From contig NMRA01000191.1 of assembly GCA_002633005.1 (NCBI GenBank), forward strand, positions 668,378-732,377: a stretch of 64,000 nt of DNA, written 5' to 3'. The stretch comes from Phoronis australis (Eukaryota; Animalia; Phoronida). The stretch's first letter is position 1. The number at the start of each line of letters is the position of its first letter. Under the pieces are notes generated by a model. That model searched no databases. It worked only from the letters and a program-made list of their open reading frames with translations, and was not told where the DNA came from. Of this stretch, positions 11,101-25,139 are shown piece after piece. Position numbers and translations under genes: made by a program.

Positions 11101-14100
11101 GATTTGTAAAAAAATCTGTCTGGTCGACATCCACTTTTTACTTGATTTTTGTGACGTGGAAAGTTTTGGCAGTCTGACCACATTGTCTCTCAGTTCGTAG
11201 TAATCGCATCGTGTAATGTCGACTTTTGAGTTAGAACTGTTGATTTTGATAGTTTTTTATGTAGCCCGTTGTACTTTCGGTAGTGGTAAAATATAGAAAA
11301 TTTGACTTTGGAATCAGATTCAGTGGACTTTGTGCAGTGTTTTTGAAATCTTTGACCCAGCATAATGTAAATTCACGACAGGTTTTACACATCCCGTGGA
11401 ACAGACTGTTGAGCCGACACGACCTGTTTTTTAAGCCCCAAAATCGGCAAGAATGTTTTGAGTGAACCCTTTATTTTCTTTCACGACAAAGGTAGGTCAC
11501 ATCACGTGACGTTACGGACACATACTTTGTCATCGTTTGGGGCGTACTTCGAGTTATGCAACATTTGTCTGGGTCATTGCGTTTGCAAAACATTTAAGGG
11601 GTTCAGTTTCCCCAGCAAAAGCGCCGTTTACGCTACAAAAGTTGACACGGATCAACTGACCCGGAACGAGTTGTTCCAGCGCAAGTATGTGTGTAAGTGG
11701 GACTGAACTGTAGCAAATTGACACCGCGGTGACAACTTTTGCCACCCGTTTGTGAGGTAGAGCAATTTGCGCTAGAACATCTTGCTCCGTGGCATGACTT
11801 GTGCAGCGTGATCTCTATGAGAGTCCATAACACACAATTATCAAACATGAAGTACAAGCTTTTGAGAAAGTAGGATATTTACCTCTACCAGGGGCGGATC
11901 CAGGATTTTGAGTTCAGTGGGGGGAAAATTTTAGCCAGGATTTTGCTCATCAGACATTCGCATCCCCGAAGTGCCAAATGAAATATGGAAGAATTTTAGG
12001 ACGGCCATGTCCCCCTTGTCCCCCTCCCCTTAAATCAACCACTGTCTACAGGAGCTAGATGCAAAACTCGATATAACGCATTTGATGATATTCGTCTTAT
12101 TTTGGGAAATATAGGTCACGTAGCCTCTTCATAATTAATGTACGAGCCCAGATATTAAGATAGCTTATTTTTGTTAAGTTAATTTTGTTGATTGAAATGT
12201 TCAGAACTTTGTGAAAATATGGAAAGTTTTGCTTATTTTTAACTTTAAATAACTCAAAACCAATCTGAAATAGTAAACCAAGGAAAAGCTTATTGCGTTT
12301 TCTGGGAATGACGTCCGTAGTTGTCAGGTATTTGCAAGCAGAAATCACAAAAAATTGTGAGTGAGCGGAAAGCACCCATTCCAACTAGTTTGTGAACACG
12401 TTCTTCAGGGAAGTATGATAGTGTGTTTTTAGCTATGCACAGGCAACTAGACGAAAAAAATGTTTGTTTATCTTGACGGGAAACGAATTGCAAATAACGA
12501 ACATAGGCATTTTCAAGAGTTAAACTCTTTATTGTAGTGCCGAGAGCACTAAGGGGGCCTCCCTGCAACCTAACTTTTGGGCTTATAATTAGTCGCCTGA
12601 TTACCAATTAAACAGCCTAAAAATAAAAGCCTTTCCAGAAGAAACACATGTTAGAATCCTACTTATTCGAAGAGTTCTGAATTTTGGTAGCATGGTCATA
12701 ATATGCATTTTCCGTTACTTTCGGGACGCGCAAACCTTACGAACGTAAAAGTCAAATGTTTAAGGAATATTTCAATCATCTATAGGACTACATTGCACGA
12801 TTTTTGAGCCATTGGAGGAATAATTGTAGATTGCACAACTATACATCTAAGGCAGGATGAAATTTTTTCCGCAATCTTCACACGGCGACAAATACTATGA
12901 AACGTTTTCTTATTTTCTGGACCAAAATTAAACTGCTACGAAACCCTGCATCTGACAAACGTTTGAACTCTTATTTCAGGATTTACTCTGCTGAAGTGGT
13001 TACAAGTGCAGGCAAGAGAACATCAGGGTGGAAAGGGACGGGCACAAATGATAGTGTGCACCTGACGCTGCATGGTGGGTATCAGGAATTTAGGTTTGAC
13101 TAGCATTTGCTTGGTTTCTATCTGGCTAACTAAAGGCCTTTCATATTGACTTAAACAGTACACACCATGGATTTTTGAACATTTTGAATTACCGGTGGCC
13201 ACAGAATAAATGTATGACGTAAAATTTAGCTAAACCCATGTTTATTTTGTGTAATTAGCTCGAAACTTTGATTTTTCTTTCAATTTGGCCAATTTTCACA
13301 TAATGACGTCAACAGTCATGAGGTTTATTAGAATATCTCCTTTACAGTACATATCGTAGGGAGACTGGATCACCTTCTAGCAGAATTATTTAATTACCAA
13401 ACCGGGACCTGCTGTTTGACACTTCCATGATTCGGTGTGTAATATTTTGCAGATATGGAGAGAATAATTATTTTTTTCCAAAGTATCCGACCAAATTTTA
13501 AACTAGTTTGGTAGTGTTTGGCTATTTGTCTGCAGCAGCAAGTTTTTGGCGAGTTTGACAGTGTAGACCGCGCTTTATGATTTTACCACCCTTTGCGTGT
13601 GTCAGTCTTTTGTGAAATGTTTGTCTGAACTAGGTACCGAGGGCACTACAGAACGTATGCTGTTGGATAAATGGTGGCAAAATGATTTAGAGACGGGAGC
13701 CCATGACGTCTACACGCTCACAGGGCGTGATGTCGGGAAGATGCTGTATATTACTGTGGAGAAAACTGGAGTGGATGACTGGCATCTGGATAAGGTATCC
13801 TACTGCAGCACTTATGCAAACCGTATGCTAAAGACTTTACATTTGTCGCTGTGTTCTTTTTCAATTTTTCTTTGAAGTTGGTCATTTTTTGAAGATGTGG
13901 CGCGCAGACGGTATACTTTTAGGTTACACTATGAAGAGCCGCAGTTGTCGGAATCTGCCGAAAATGAACATTAATCGTCCTCATTTAAAAAGCAAGATAT
14001 CAGATCTTCCAATTTTCATAACGAAGTTTTAAGCAGTTTGCAGATAGAGGAGGATGTCGCAACAAATAAAAATGATCACTAGGTTGCACATAATACGTCA

Positions 14101-17100
14101 GTACGAAAATTGGAAGCCGTAGTCTACTCCTTATTAGAAACCTTTTTGGCAATTTGCTTGATAACCCGCCAGGAATTCTAAAGTCACAAAGACCAACGTT
14201 AATTACTAACATTGCCATTAGAGGACACAACAGTCAGCGGGTCCGTCAAATTTCAAGAGAATCCTGCCAGGGGAGAGGCTGACGCTAGATGTCCGGGCCC
14301 CCAGACAGAAATGAAGTAGTATACACCCAACACATTCAAAAGTGGGTGTGTAAAAAGAGCAAGTTTTCAAAATTTTCTATAAACTTTTTAAAGCAAAAGC
14401 AAATAACGATCTGTCTTATTAAATTTGCTTAAGGTAGCTATGCAGTCAAAACTTTATTGCTTTTTAGTAAGGAGTGTACTTCACTTGTGAGTTCGCTGTT
14501 CTCGCTACTACTAGCGCCGCCAAGTAGCGATTAAGTAACGGTCAAGTAGGAAGCGCGAGAACAATGGGGAACGGCGCATTTTGCAGTGCGATAAATTGCT
14601 CTAATTTATCACCCACGAAAACCCCAGACGTGTCATTTTTTACGTTTCCTAAGGATCCAGAAATGTCAGGATTATTTGTCATTCAATAATATGATGCATC
14701 GTCTTTCATTTTGTGTGTTCTGTTCACGGTTGGTAGACAAGTCGATCGCAGTCCCGGTGCCGCTGTCGTCTGCAGTCGTAGGTTACTGCACAGGCTACGC
14801 TCTACCTTCTGCAGATACTTTGTTGTCAGTGTACGTCTGCTAAAATTAGATGTGAGGGAGCATCATAATGGAATACAGTGTTGTGGTAGTGATGAATAGC
14901 TCACTTGCGAGTTTCTCGTTAGTCAATGTGACGTCACCGGAAGAGGGGCAAAACCCGCCATCAAGTTGTTTTGCCCCGAGTCTTTGCTACACACGCTAAA
15001 TCTTACTGGAGTTCTTATGGGGAATTTTACGCTTAAAACGTTAACACAACTTAAGAGATGGTAGATGGATCGTGGAATAATTGTGGATGGATGAAAAATT
15101 TGTGAACTTGTCAAGTTGTGCGAAGCTGTGAACGGACTGAAATTGGAACTGAACTCGGTCTAGGCCTGAATGCCGCAGGCATACACAGGGGCGATAGCAT
15201 ATCCCCAAAAAGTTACTCACTTCAAAATACAGCTAATAAAATCAAATGAAACACGCATATTTGCACATGGAGTTATAATTAACACATACCCTGACTCTGG
15301 ATACATACATTTTGAAATGAACCTTGGAACTGGAAACCTGTAGACTTATTTTTTCAATGTTTCATCAATGATTTTTCAATTAAAATTGATTAATCCATGC
15401 TTTTATATACCGTATCCATGTTTCGATTTTCGTTTGAGACGCGATATATTGAATCACAATTGGAAATTCTTCTTTCAATCTGAAATTGAAAAAAGGGAGA
15501 GCTTCCGAAGATAACTGCTGATAGTAGCCGAAACTGTCAAGATACTAACACTTTTCTGGCTTTGAAAATAAGAAATAATCATTTCAAACTCTATCAAGCT
15601 GATGAAATTATTTAGTGACACCGCCAATAGTTGTTAAACACATTCTGATTACCTGCTTGGCAAGAATTTGGAGCAGTCTCGGGATTTGCACAACTGTGCA
15701 ATGGAATATTATCTGAATGTTTTACAATTCCAAGTTGCAGTTTAGAGTGAAAAATTTTAACTGAACTATTAAGCAATAACCATTAAAATTTCATTTTCAA
15801 TTTTAGGTTGAGTATAAATGATAAAATCCAATTCAATATTCCAGCCTCCCGTTCAGTAATGCTAGGAACTCGCTAAAAAGCAAGACTTCGCGAGATTACC
15901 TGAGATATTGCCGTGTATTTAAAATGAGAGCTCGTGACTTTGACTAGGTTTTAGCTAGGTCCTAGCGTCTACTGAACGCACGCCAGGTTTCATCATGCAG
16001 TTTAGTTTCAAAATGGAATTTGAACCGGAAACCTGTACACGAGTCCTTAACCGTTGGCGATTTTTCGTTAGAGATGATTGTGATTTCTTTCAGGTCGTCA
16101 TTACCCACAATGAGACCGGAGAAAAAACGTCGTTTCCATTTTACGATTGGTTAGAAGGCTTTAAGAAAATACCATCAGCTAAAGCTGTGTTGCCTTTCCA
16201 AGAAACCAATGAAGAACTGAAAAACCTTCGCCTTGAGGAAATCCGCCGAAGGCAGGAAATGTATCCGTTCAGCGAAGGGAACGATTCTATGCCCGGTTTC
16301 ATTGGAATTGAGCAGCACGAGGACCTACCAAGATTTGTTCAGTTTCACGATGCAAAAGCCTACGACTTCAAGGTACAGTTTTAGGGCAATCTGTGCAGTA
16401 AAGCATAAAGAACATACATAATTAGCCAAGAATTGAACGTATTTTGGCGTCTGTTTCATGAAAAGTGACATAAGAATAAAAATCCTAGACATAATTTATG
16501 TTAATTATCTCATTTAATAGGTCACTTTCCATGAGCCAGACGTGTCATTTATGCACATGTATGGCAAGCTTCACCTCCGGAATTACATATAAGCGCATGC
16601 GCCTACATGTAAATGTGAATCATTTGAGTAAACCAAGAAGGGGAGTTTTTAAATAGTGAGCGACTTTTGACTTTGCTGCTACAAAGCTTGAAGTCGAAGA
16701 TTACTCAATTGAAAGTTTAAATGTCTACATGTAAATGGAAAATTTGAGCACAGGACGAACGACACGCCAAGTACCAATTTAGTCACCGATGCACATATAT
16801 AAGAAATTGCTTACGTTCATACGCAATTGCGATCTACACCCACAAACTGTGAAATCGCCGGGAGTTGGTGAAATTGACATCGAGAAGCAATGTGACCAAA
16901 ATTAAACCGTAAATATGAGAGTGGAGACTCCTTAAAATTTAACGAGTTTTGTATATTTCTCTACATTTTTAAAGCCCCATGCAACAGAACTTTTCGAAAT
17001 AATTGTTTTGTTAATCTTTTAGGAAACATTTATTAGCGTTCCTAATTACACGTAACAACTTACAGTGGTCTAAGCATGACGTTTTCCATTTTTAGGCCGC

Positions 17101-20100
17101 TATATGGACCGAGTGGTTTAACGAAAAGATTCCTTCCCGCTAAGTTGATTCATTCCAATTTCCAACTTACGACTTCATCTAATTAGCGATGCGTGGGCCT
17201 TTAATATTTTCTGTCCGTTTCGACTTAAATGTTTCAAATCCCATGTTCTTCGTCCTCGGACAAAATTGCACCAAGTAGCCACATTCAATGTGTGCTCAGT
17301 TCACAATACTATCGTGCTAAAGTTCTACGCCGAATCAGGTTTCATCGTGTATTTCTAAAAACATTTTTTGTGTTCACAGGAAAACTTCGACTCAGCAGTT
17401 AGGATGTTTGGAATCAGCTCTATTGTAGAAAGATTTACACATGGGACAAACCGGAATACCTTGCTGATATTGCAATGAGGTAATTTGGCGTCTTTTTCAG
17501 GAGCTTCAAGTATTCCCATGGTCGGAGTACTGTATTTCGATATAGGCGTTGCTGTTAAGCTCTAAAGCGATCAAAATCGTGTTTGACGTGTCACAAATTA
17601 GATAACACGTACTTTAACAATAGTCGATATCATGTGTTCAACCAAAGCACTCTTCATCTAAACGTTTTGGTTTAACTCAAAACACCATCGCCTTATCGGT
17701 ATGCCCTGCTTTCTTCCATTACTGATGGTTCGAGTTAAAACCAAACGTTTGAACGTATTGTAAGAAGTGGCATCAGTTATTGCCATCACTTTTGAAACAA
17801 AGACTCCAGTGTTTCAATAAATTTTCAGTGAAGCTTGCTAACGTCTCCCCTTTAAATTCGACCAAATTCTAACTGATGCCAGTGAAGTCCGTTCTGACCA
17901 GCTCTCTCACATCGTCCTGTGAAGCTCACTCTAAAAAGTTCCTTTTATCTCTTCTGTATCGTGATCATGATATACCGACTTTCTACTCAATAGGCATTCC
18001 TCGGCTGAGGAGTTGGAATTTCAGAAATTTTACGTGGACAGATGGGATGACGACACCGTATTCGGCAACTTGGTTTTGAGTGGACCTAATCCCGTTCTCA
18101 TCAGGAGATGTTCAAAACTGCCCAGTAATTTCCCTGTGACCGACAAAATGGTTAAGACATCTCTACAACGTGATCTTACTCTTGATGCAGAAATGCAGGT
18201 TTGTCTTATTAACTGGCGTATGTAGGGCATTCACAAGCTGTCACCAACGCAGTTGTTCTGTTATTATTTGCCCTTCCAATTTTACATGTAGTCATTTTGA
18301 ACTCGACTATTATTTTATGCAGTTGATGACCCTAGCTTTAAAGCTTTAAGTTACGTTCTGGTCTCGAAATTCCAATCTTAACCAGATTTTTATCTCTCCT
18401 TCAATCGTCAAAGATCACTGAGCCCTAATACTTTGTTTCATTACTGGGCCGCTTGGAATAAACTCGAAATCCCAAATCTCCTGCTGTTCTGTTAACAGAA
18501 AGGGTACGTCTACATACTGAACTATGATGACTTGGTTGGACTTGGAAGGTTTAGATTTGGTGAGGACACTCGTCACTGTGCCAATGCAATGGTACTCCTC
18601 TACGTGCGTCCATCCGGTCATCTGGTGCCCATTGCTATCAAGCTAGACCAGGATGACGGACCAATCTGGACCCCAGAGGACGGTCTGGGGTGGACCTTGG
18701 CTAAACTGTACGCGAAAAACGCAGATAGCCAGATCCACCAAATGGGAACTCATCTGATGGGAACACATTTTGTGGGAGAAGCGGTAGCAATTACTGTGCT
18801 GCGCAACCTTCCTTGCGTTCATCCCATATACAAGCTCATTATACCGCACACTCGTTACACCATTGCCATCAACACCATTGGAAGGCTGAAACTCGTTGGA
18901 CCGGGTGGCGTCGGTGATAAGACTCTTTCCGTTGCGGGAAGTAAGTATGTGAGAAACTATCATGATATAACAATATTCTATAGTATAGTATTTGCTCAAC
19001 AAATGTTGAACGCGTTTTCATTTTAACCTGCTTCCAGCACAATTATTATAGCCAGCAACTTTCTTCGCTTTTTAAGTTATGCAATGATTTTCTGTCGTTT
19101 CCGTCATTGTCATCTCGGTTTAGAAGTTAACGATGTATTGGCAATTTAGTACAGATCAAGAATGAGGGTCACTTAGGAAGGTAGGGGCGAAGCACGCGGA
19201 ACGGTTGAAGGAATAAGAAGAGAAGAGAAGGGTTGTAAAGTGTCTTTCCACAAAGGTATTCCAAGGGTTTGGGACAAGTTCAGACCAATTCTTAAACACG
19301 CAAGTAAAATTTTCGTGAAACGACGATCACCTGCTGCAGTCTCGTGGAACCGGTGGTGACTCCTGCTGTAACCTGGTCTGTGTCGGGACACTTCTAACTG
19401 CTGCATAAGCAAGTTTCTTTGTTGACCATTTGTTGGCGATGGGCGTTATTGCCTGTGCTTGACCGCTCTAGGTTTTTGAAATTATCTTCACCATCAGTGT
19501 TATTGTCAGTTAGTTTGTTGGAATGTTTTCTCTGTAATTAGAATCATCACTGGATGTATCCTCCACGGACAACATTCGCCATTATATTTCTAGATGGCTA
19601 CCATATTGAACTCATCAAAACCCGCTACCGCAAGCGGTTCCAGTGGAGCAGCCTTAACATTCCTAATGAACTCGCTAGTCGTGGTGTCGACGACACCGAA
19701 CTCCTTCCCAACTACCACTACCGTGATGACGCGCTGCTGCTTTGGGACGCCATTTTGGAATATGCACGTCAGATGGTCACCGTCTATTACAAATCTGATT
19801 CAGACGTAGAAGCCGACGGCGAATTGCAAAACTTTATGAAGGAGGTAAAAATCCACGCCATGAGTTCAGAGTTCATAGTTCTGAAGCGCCAGTCAAATGA
19901 CTGAACGAAAGACTGAGGTTCTTGTTGGCGGTTGGTAGATTAAGCAGATTAAACTTTGTCGCATTGTGATAATAGAGGGCATTCTTGCAGAAAAAATGCA
20001 TTTCATCCATTCGTAATATTATTCAGTAAGTCTTTAAATCTCTTGAATAGACGGGTTTTTGTTTCAGCTTCATACGAAGGGCTTCCCATCTGCTGAAGGG

Positions 20101-23100
20101 GACCTTGACAAGCAGTGTCCAGACAGTGTCCGTACAGTTAGTGATTTGATCACCTTCGTCACCATGGTCATATTCAACTGTTCTTGCCAGCACGCTGCGG
20201 TCAACTTTGGCCAGTTCCACCACATGTCCTTCCCTGCAGCCTATCCACTGGCTCTTCGCCAGCTACCACCAGATGTAAGTAAATACGCAAAGTTGATTCT
20301 GCTACATTTTATTTCTAAAGAAAACATGATCGAGTAAAGAAACATCCGTCATATAGTCTCACCTGTGGACTGTTTAGATATATGTATTTAGCTCACTTAA
20401 ATATTTTGTTGCAGTAGATCAGTGTAGTTTAGTTTAGAGATCGTACAGTAATATTTATTGCTTTAGTGAAAAGGCAAGAAAAGCAATGAATTTGGTGAAC
20501 ATTTTCCGTGTCAAATGGAACCTAGAAGAAACGCATTGTTAGCTATTAAATTGTTTGACACAATGGTAGCACCCATTTTTATGTGCCCACATATTTATAT
20601 GTGGGTGCGTATTGCCGTTATCTCTGTCTGGGCGTACGGGCTTCCGTCGTCTGGTGTCAGCTGCTGTATCTCCTAAGCCCCTATAAGGATATTCATGAGA
20701 ATTGGCCGAAGTGTTCCTATGAAGCGGATGACAGACGCCGACGACGAGTTTTGGTTTTGGACGGATTCGACCACCGCTCTGTCCTCTAGTGGCAATTTTA
20801 GTTTTTGGTGTTTACCCGTGTATCTTAACCGATTTTCATAACATATGGCAACTAAGTATCTGTTAGTGAGATGACCCCATGTTAAAGTTTTCTTATGTTG
20901 TTGTCTGTTTTCAAGTCTGTATTTTGACGTCAGACTTCTTGTCAACCAAACCGCTCTAAGGATGACTATATATATGTTCCAACTGTGAAGACAACGGCTG
21001 ACGATGATTTTCGGATTGCTCCGAATACTATGTCACTTCCTAATTAGACGTGTTTTTTTGCGTCCATGGTTGTATCTCCTAAATCCTCTGTACTTTCTTT
21101 AGTAAATTTAAAATGTGTAGTTACATGAAGTTGATGACAGCGACTTTCAGAAAGGAACGACTACCGCTGTGCCCTTTAGTGGCAATTTTACTTTTTTATG
21201 TTCATGCATGTTGCAAGATGTCCCGCCTCCGAGGTAAAAGAGACGTGGCTTTTTCTGTATTTTGGGAAAAGCGTTTCCAGATGATATCCAGAGAACGGAT
21301 TAACAGATTTCAATGAAACTTTACACATAGGTGTGCACAGTTAAATTTTCTGGCGGATTCTATTACTGCAACACCTCCCAATGGCCAGTTTGCTCTCGAC
21401 GAGAGGCTTTCCAAGTGTTGTTTTGGAAAGAAGAGCGTTCTCTGATAATAAATAGAGAACCGTAAGGCGGATTACATTGAAACTTGACACAGGTGTACAT
21501 TATGAGATTGCAGAGGCATCACTTTTCTGACGGATTCGACAACTAGTACCTTCTGGTGGCGATTTTGTTGTCGATATGGGCTTTTCAAGTGTTGTTTGGG
21601 GGAAGAGCGTTTCTGTATGGTACCGAAAGAACCGATTGACAGATTTCATAAAAACGTGACACATAGGTATCTTATGAATTTCACCGTGACTACTGCAGTG
21701 CCTTCTATTGGCCATTTTGTTTGAGAGCTTAACCGGATGATTTGACTGAGTGAAGGATTTCAAAGAAAGTTGGGACATATGTACGTTTGGGCAATGGGGT
21801 GGCACCATTAAGTTTCCAGGTGGATTTGACCACCACTGCAATGGCCATTTAATTTTCGGGATGAGGCTTTTTAAGTGTTGTTTGTGCGAAGAGCGTTTCC
21901 GGATGATGTGAAGAGAACCGACTGACAGATTTCGATAAAATTTGACACAGAGAAATACGATATCAATGAGCCGGTGCCATTTGATTTTCAAATGGATTCT
22001 ATCACTGCAGCCCCTCCTAGTGGCCATTTTGTTTTGAAAGGGTTTTCACGTGTTGTTTGGGGAAAGAGAAATTCTGGATGAAATCTAAAAAACGACTGAC
22101 TGATATCAAAAATACCTGACACCACAGACATAAGTGACTGAAGTCAGTGCGCTGGACCCTTAGTTTTTGGGAAGGAGATTTTTGTGTGTTCTTTGTGCGA
22201 AGAGTGTTTCTGGATGGTATATAGAAGTCTGATTAATTGATTTCAAATAAACTTTACATAGTTATATAGAGGGGAAGATCGTTTCCGGGTTATATCTATA
22301 GAACTGAATGACAGATTTCAATGAAACTTTATTCAGCGGTATATGATGACAATATGCCTGCACCATTTGATTTTCGGGCTGATTCAACTACGATTAACAA
22401 CACTTCCTTGTGTCCCTTAGAGTTACTCTTGTTTTGTTTTGCTTTCTTGCCTTTATCTCCTAAAACCGCTGCAGGATCCTTGTTAAATTTGGAAAGTGTA
22501 TTTGTTGGACGTTGAGTACCGATAATGTTAATTTCCGAAAGGATCCGACTACCACTCTGACCTCTAGTTGCAATTTCATTTTCTCCCATTTTCCTCTGTA
22601 TAGTTTTCCTCTGTATCTTTGGAATTCCTTCATTTTTTTATGAAATTTGTCGAATTTGTTTCTATTAAAAGAGGCGATGGCAACTTCTGAATTTCAAATA
22701 AATTTGACGTAGTGTACGCTTCCTAGTGGCCACATTCATTATTTTTGAGTCTAACTGTGGCATCCACATTTCTATCAGTCAAATCACTCTAAAATGGTTC
22801 TGAAATTGGTATGAATGCTCTTACTGGGAAGAGCAAGGCTAACGATGATTTTTGGACACATTTGACTACTCTGGCGCCCCCTAATGGCGCTGCTGCTTTT
22901 TCGCATCCACAGCTATTCCTCATTAGCCCTTGCAGGATGTTTGTGAAATTTGGCAAGTGTTTTCCTATCATGCTGACAACGGATGACGACTTTTGTCGAC
23001 TACTATATTGCTGTGCCCCCTAATGCCACTAAATTTTTAAGATCTCGGCAGGTGCGTTCCTATTGAAGAGAGTGATTTTGACTTGCAATACACCCGTAAT

Positions 23101-25080
23101 ACACGTTTTATGTTTACTAGGATTGTTCCAGTTAGTGGTAATGTTGGAAATAGTAACCATATCTGTGATATATAAGATGTACGCGGTGGGCGCATATCAA
23201 CGCTCTACGTTTTCCTTGTATACTATGGCGCAAAAAATGTGGTTCTAGCCACAGAAAAGAAATTGAAAATGTTCGAACAAAATTCTGTAAATAGTTGCTG
23301 TCTACTGGCTGGTATTAAAACGACCAGCGCCATAGGGAGAATGTGGTCGTCTGTGTCTTATTGCGCAGGCCTATAAGAAATTTTTTGAAAATATTGAAAA
23401 TGCAAATGATAGACTTCCAATACAATGTTTTTGATGTTATATGAATGGCAGTTGCACTGTCAATATAATTTGTGCACCTGTACTAAACATGTGTTGTGTA
23501 CAATTATTTTTAGTCTTGCATGGTTGAGCCAGGAAGTTGGTGATATTTTTGTCGGAATTCAAACAAAAGCTGATAGATGTTGACTTTCAAAGTTGGTTGG
23601 TGTCGGTACTAGAAAATACAAATAAGTGCAAATTTTACAAAAGAGTTAAGTCAGTGGAATGTATTAATGTGGGGAGACCACGCAGCAGCAGATATTTTAC
23701 ATACATGAGATCTTCAACTCATACATTAGAAATTGAAAACGGCAGAAGAAATTATATTCCCCAAAGTGAACTTAAAGGTGAAGGCAACTTACCTTTTTCC
23801 ATGTCAGTTTTAGCAAAAATAAGGTTCGTTGATTATTCCAGACATGTTTCTCACTTAATTACATCATTTCGTAATTTAATTAATTACTTGTCCTCTACTC
23901 CTGAAATGACGATTTGGGAGGCAAGAATTTCTCGCCAATTTCTTTTCATATGGCCTGACTATGAGAGCTGTCGAGTCTGGCATTGATCTACATCGGTTGT
24001 GATAAGTTCGGTCGTCGTTTGCTTTTGTTTACGAGTCAATCAACATGCCTCACTGTTGCTACGTACCGGGGTGCACTCATTATCGTCTCACGCGCGCTTT
24101 GGAAGTATCTTTGCATCGCTTTCCGAAGGATGAAATACTTCGCCGTACTTACCTCTTTTGGTGTGAAGAACGCAGCGTTACCCATCCACGCAACGTACAA
24201 AGCAATGGAAGGTTAATGAGTGTGTGCCAAGCATTTTCTACCGTCAGATTACGAGAGATATGTACGCTGAATTGACGAACGTACTCCAGAGCGTGCAATG
24301 CCGGGAACTAGCAGTGATTCGCCAAGTCTGTTCTCATTCTCTGCCTCATCCCCATGAACGGCTGCCTGTGCCTGTGCGTAATCTGCCTCATTATACTCGG
24401 CTCAAACATATACCAACGCACTGACTGTCCGTAAAAAAATTCCTCGTCATCACTGCTATGAACAATGTCTCCGTCACTCACGTCACTACTGTCGCTGTGG
24501 TATGGGTCGCCGACTCCAGCCATTTTCAGGTTACTACAAACTAAACAATTCCTAAATCCAACGTAATTGAGTTCTCTAAGAACCAAGCTTGTGTAGAATA
24601 CTCCTCGATGGGAAGTGGTGAGGACAATTTTAGAAAAACAGCACGAAAACAAAAGTAGTACAGATCCTTACAGTAACTCAACACAGAACTAAATTGGCGC
24701 GAAATTCTTGCCACCCAAAACGTCACTTCAGGAGTAGAGGACGAGTAATTAATTAAATTACAAAAAGCTATAATTAAGTGAAAAATATGTCTGAAATAAT
24801 CAACGAATCTTATTTTTGCTAAAAAAATAACATGAAAAAGGTTGCCTTCGCCTTTAAAGAACTTGTAACGTTTATAGTACAGGAGAGATTAGGACAGACG
24901 AGTATTATGTTACGTTGTCCTGTACTGGTCTATGCCACGTTGCCACGATGACAGGTCTCGTTTGAACTCGGCAACAGCAAGCACTTATAAAATATTAAAT
25001 CTTTAATGGCTGTGTAGGAATGTAATCATAAAGTTTGTATTTTACTACTGTGGATCGATCGGTGACCTCTTGTTCATAAT

Positions 25081-25139
<59 letters not shown>

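Noticed and set aside
21500-22027. 175-aa minus-strand ORF
   Set aside because: Lies within satellite-like monomers and has no recognisable domain.
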